Assembly: GCF_963921235.1 (NCBI RefSeq)
Contig: NC_086097.1
Span: 54,872,001 to 54,936,000, forward strand
Reading direction: 5' to 3'
From: Mobula hypostoma
Lineage: Eukaryota
DNA: 64,000 nucleotides
Both the position numbers and the translations under genes were made by a program. Below are positions 61,875 through 64,000 of this stretch, piece after piece. Each line of letters opens with the position of its first letter. Position 1 is the stretch's first letter. The notes under the pieces were generated by a model, which saw only the letters and a program-made list of their open reading frames with translations, searched no databases and was not told the origin of the DNA.

Positions 61875-62820
61875 AGAAACATAGAAAATAGGTGCAGGAG
61901 TAGGCCATTCGGCCCTTCAAACCTGCACTGCCATTCAGTATGATCATGGCTGATCATCCAACTCAGAACCCTGTACCAGCCTTCCCTTCATACCCCCTGA
62001 TCCCTTTAGCCACAAGGGCCATATCTAACTCCCTCTTAAATATAGCCAATGAACTGGCCTCAACTGTTTCCTGTGGCAGAGAATTCCACAGATTCACCAC
62101 TCTCTGTGTGAAGAAGTTTTTCCTAATCTAGGTCCTAAAAGGCTTCCCCTTTATCCTCAAACTGTGACCCCTCGTTCTAGACTTCCCCAACATCGGGAAC
62201 AATCTTCCTGCATCTAGCCTTTCCAATTCCTTTAGGATTTTATATGTTTCAATAAGATCCCCCCTCAATCTTCTAAATTCCAAGAAGTATAAGCCTAGTC
62301 GATCCAGTCCTTCATCATATGAAAGTCCTGCCATCCCAGGAATCAATCTGGTGAACCTTCTTTGTACTCCCTCTATGGCAAGGATGTCTTTCCTCAGAAT
62401 AGGGGACCAAAACTGCACACAATACTCCAGGTGTGGTCTCACCAAGACCTTGTACAACTGCAGTAGTACCTCCCTGCTCCTGTACTCGAATCCTTTTGCT
62501 ATGAATGCCAGCATACCATTCGCCTTTTTCACCGCCTGCTGTACCTGCATGCCCACTTTCAATGACTGGTGTATAATGACACCCAGGTCTCGTTGCACCT
62601 CCCCTTTTCCTAATCAGCCACCATTCAGATAATAATCTGTTTTCCTGTTTTTGCCACCAAAGTGGATAACCTCACATTTATCCACATTAAATTGCATCTG
62701 CCATGAATTTGCCCACTCACCCAACCTATCCAAGTCACCCTACATCCTCTTAGCATCCTCCTCACAGCTAACACTGCCACCCAGATTCGTGTCATCTGCA
62801 AATTTGGAGATGCTGCATTC
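61875..62820 (-). mobile_element. Young 5'-truncated CR1 LINE, same subfamily as 10456-11757
   Basis: ORF 62128-62598 is nearly identical to the matching part of ORF 10643-11659, with the same 3' UTR and TTTCTATG tail. It splits the Tigger N-terminus. Confidence 0.95.
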
Positions 62821-63329
62821 TTCCGATACCTTAGAACTCATCTTGCTAACGGATGCTCAAAATAAATCAACATAAAGCACAGATGCTCACAGGCACATGC
62901 TTAAGCAATGCCGGCTAGAATGCAGTTCCAGGGGAGGTGCCTGGCTGCTTGGGGCGCGCGCTGCCTTTTTTTCGTAACAGTGAAAACACCTTCTGTTAGT
63001 GAAAACAGGTAACTAATGTAGGTCTTTCGTAACAGCGAGGTTTCGTAAAGCGGGGGACACATGTAGTCTTGTCTAAAACCAGAGGGTATGACCTTAAGGT
63101 GGGAGGGAGGAGGGGATCTTGGGTATAAATTTTTTGTACATGGAATATTTGGTTTCTGGAATGAGCTGTCTGATTAGATGGTGGGGGCAGAAATGAAACA
63201 TTTAAGTGGTATCTTGACAGGATGCTGAGGAAATTGGAATTTCTGCAGATAAATGGGATTAGTACAGATAGGCTTTATGATTGCCATTGACAACAGTAGG
63301 CTGAAGAGCCTGTTTCGGGAGACCATATC

Positions 63330-63880
63330 TTTTATGGACATCAACACATTTCCGGGCATCAGTACCTCAGAGGTTCTATCCTCGGCCTAATATATTGATG
63401 CAATCATGATGAGGTAGTTCCAGTGGCTGGTATATTACTTAACATGAGTAAATTTCTACTGATGTATGGTGGTGAGCAATCTGATTGGCTGCATCTTCAC
63501 CTGATACGGAAGCTCCAGTGCACAGGGTCAAGAAACACTGCCGAGGATTGTAGATTCAGCCATCTTTATCATAAGCACCAGCCTCTCCACCATTAAGGAT
63601 ATCTTCAAGAGATGCCTCAAGAAGGCTGCATCCATCATAAAGGACCTTAACCATCCTGGGCATGCCCTCTTCTCATTACTATCATCAGGGAGATGCACAC
63701 TTTATTTTTTTGGAACAGCTTCTTCCCCTCTGCCATCAAATTTCTGAACAGTCAATGAACCCATGAACACTACCTTGCTATTTTGCTCCCTTTTTTGTAC
63801 CGTTTATTTTTAGATTTCTTACTGTAAGCTATGGTCCTTTTTATGTATCGCACTCTTCTGCTGCCACAAAACAACACATT
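63330..63880 (+). mobile_element. Rex1/Babar-type LINE 3' fragment
   Basis: CLKKAASIIKDLNHPGHALFSLLSSG remnant at about 63612-63690. Confidence 0.75.
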
Positions 63881-64000
63881 TCAGAAGCAGAATCGGGTTT
63901 ACTATCACTGACATATGTCGTGAAATTTGTTGTTATGTGGCAGCAGTTCATTGCATTACATAATAATAAAAACAGTGAATTACAGTAAATAAATACATAA

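Larger units (their letters stand above)
60502..63063 (-). mobile_element. Internally deleted Tigger/pogo transposon with nested CR1 and MITE
   Basis: TA|CAGGTTTCCCCCGCTATCCGAA ... TTCGTAAAGCGGGGGACACATG|TA. The minus strand has MSSKVSE/KPKRAREGVTLSVKLDIIKRFDRGE (CENP-B/psq HTH) fused to the acidic C-terminus SHDQELIDEELMQLEEER (ORF 61267-61737). Confidence 0.88.

Overview
Eukaryotic vertebrate genomic DNA, very rich in transposable elements. The CR1, Rex1/Babar, V-SINE and Penelope repeat landscape suggests a cartilaginous fish, probably a ray (inference). The only host gene I can support is a complete galectin-3 (lgals3) on the + strand, read by hand from splice signals. It has six coding exons (22851-22853, 24169-24180, 27721-28119, 35806-35894, 46388-46559, 58246-58395), an 825-nt CDS and a 274-aa product. 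The protein has a Trp-based, Tyr-free [10 protein letters not shown] repeat tail and a canonical carbohydrate-recognition domain (CRD). The start ATG sits on its own exon, followed by a 12-nt microexon. Almost all other ORFs in the track are fragments or antisense shadows of mobile elements: CR1, Rex1/Babar, RTE and L1 LINEs, a split Gypsy gag-protease relic, a solo LTR, and Tc1, Tigger/pogo, hAT, Harbinger and probable Helitron DNA elements. The most unusual non-coding signals are (i) short Penelope-type insertions carrying minimal hammerhead-ribozyme cores, with 15-17 bp target-site duplications (TSDs) and an inversion breakpoint at the ribozyme edge, and (ii) a 172-bp foldback palindrome that extends well beyond its transposon ends. 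No prokaryotic-type system (CRISPR, operon) is present. Repeat boundaries without TSD or terminal inverted repeat (TIR) evidence are approximate.
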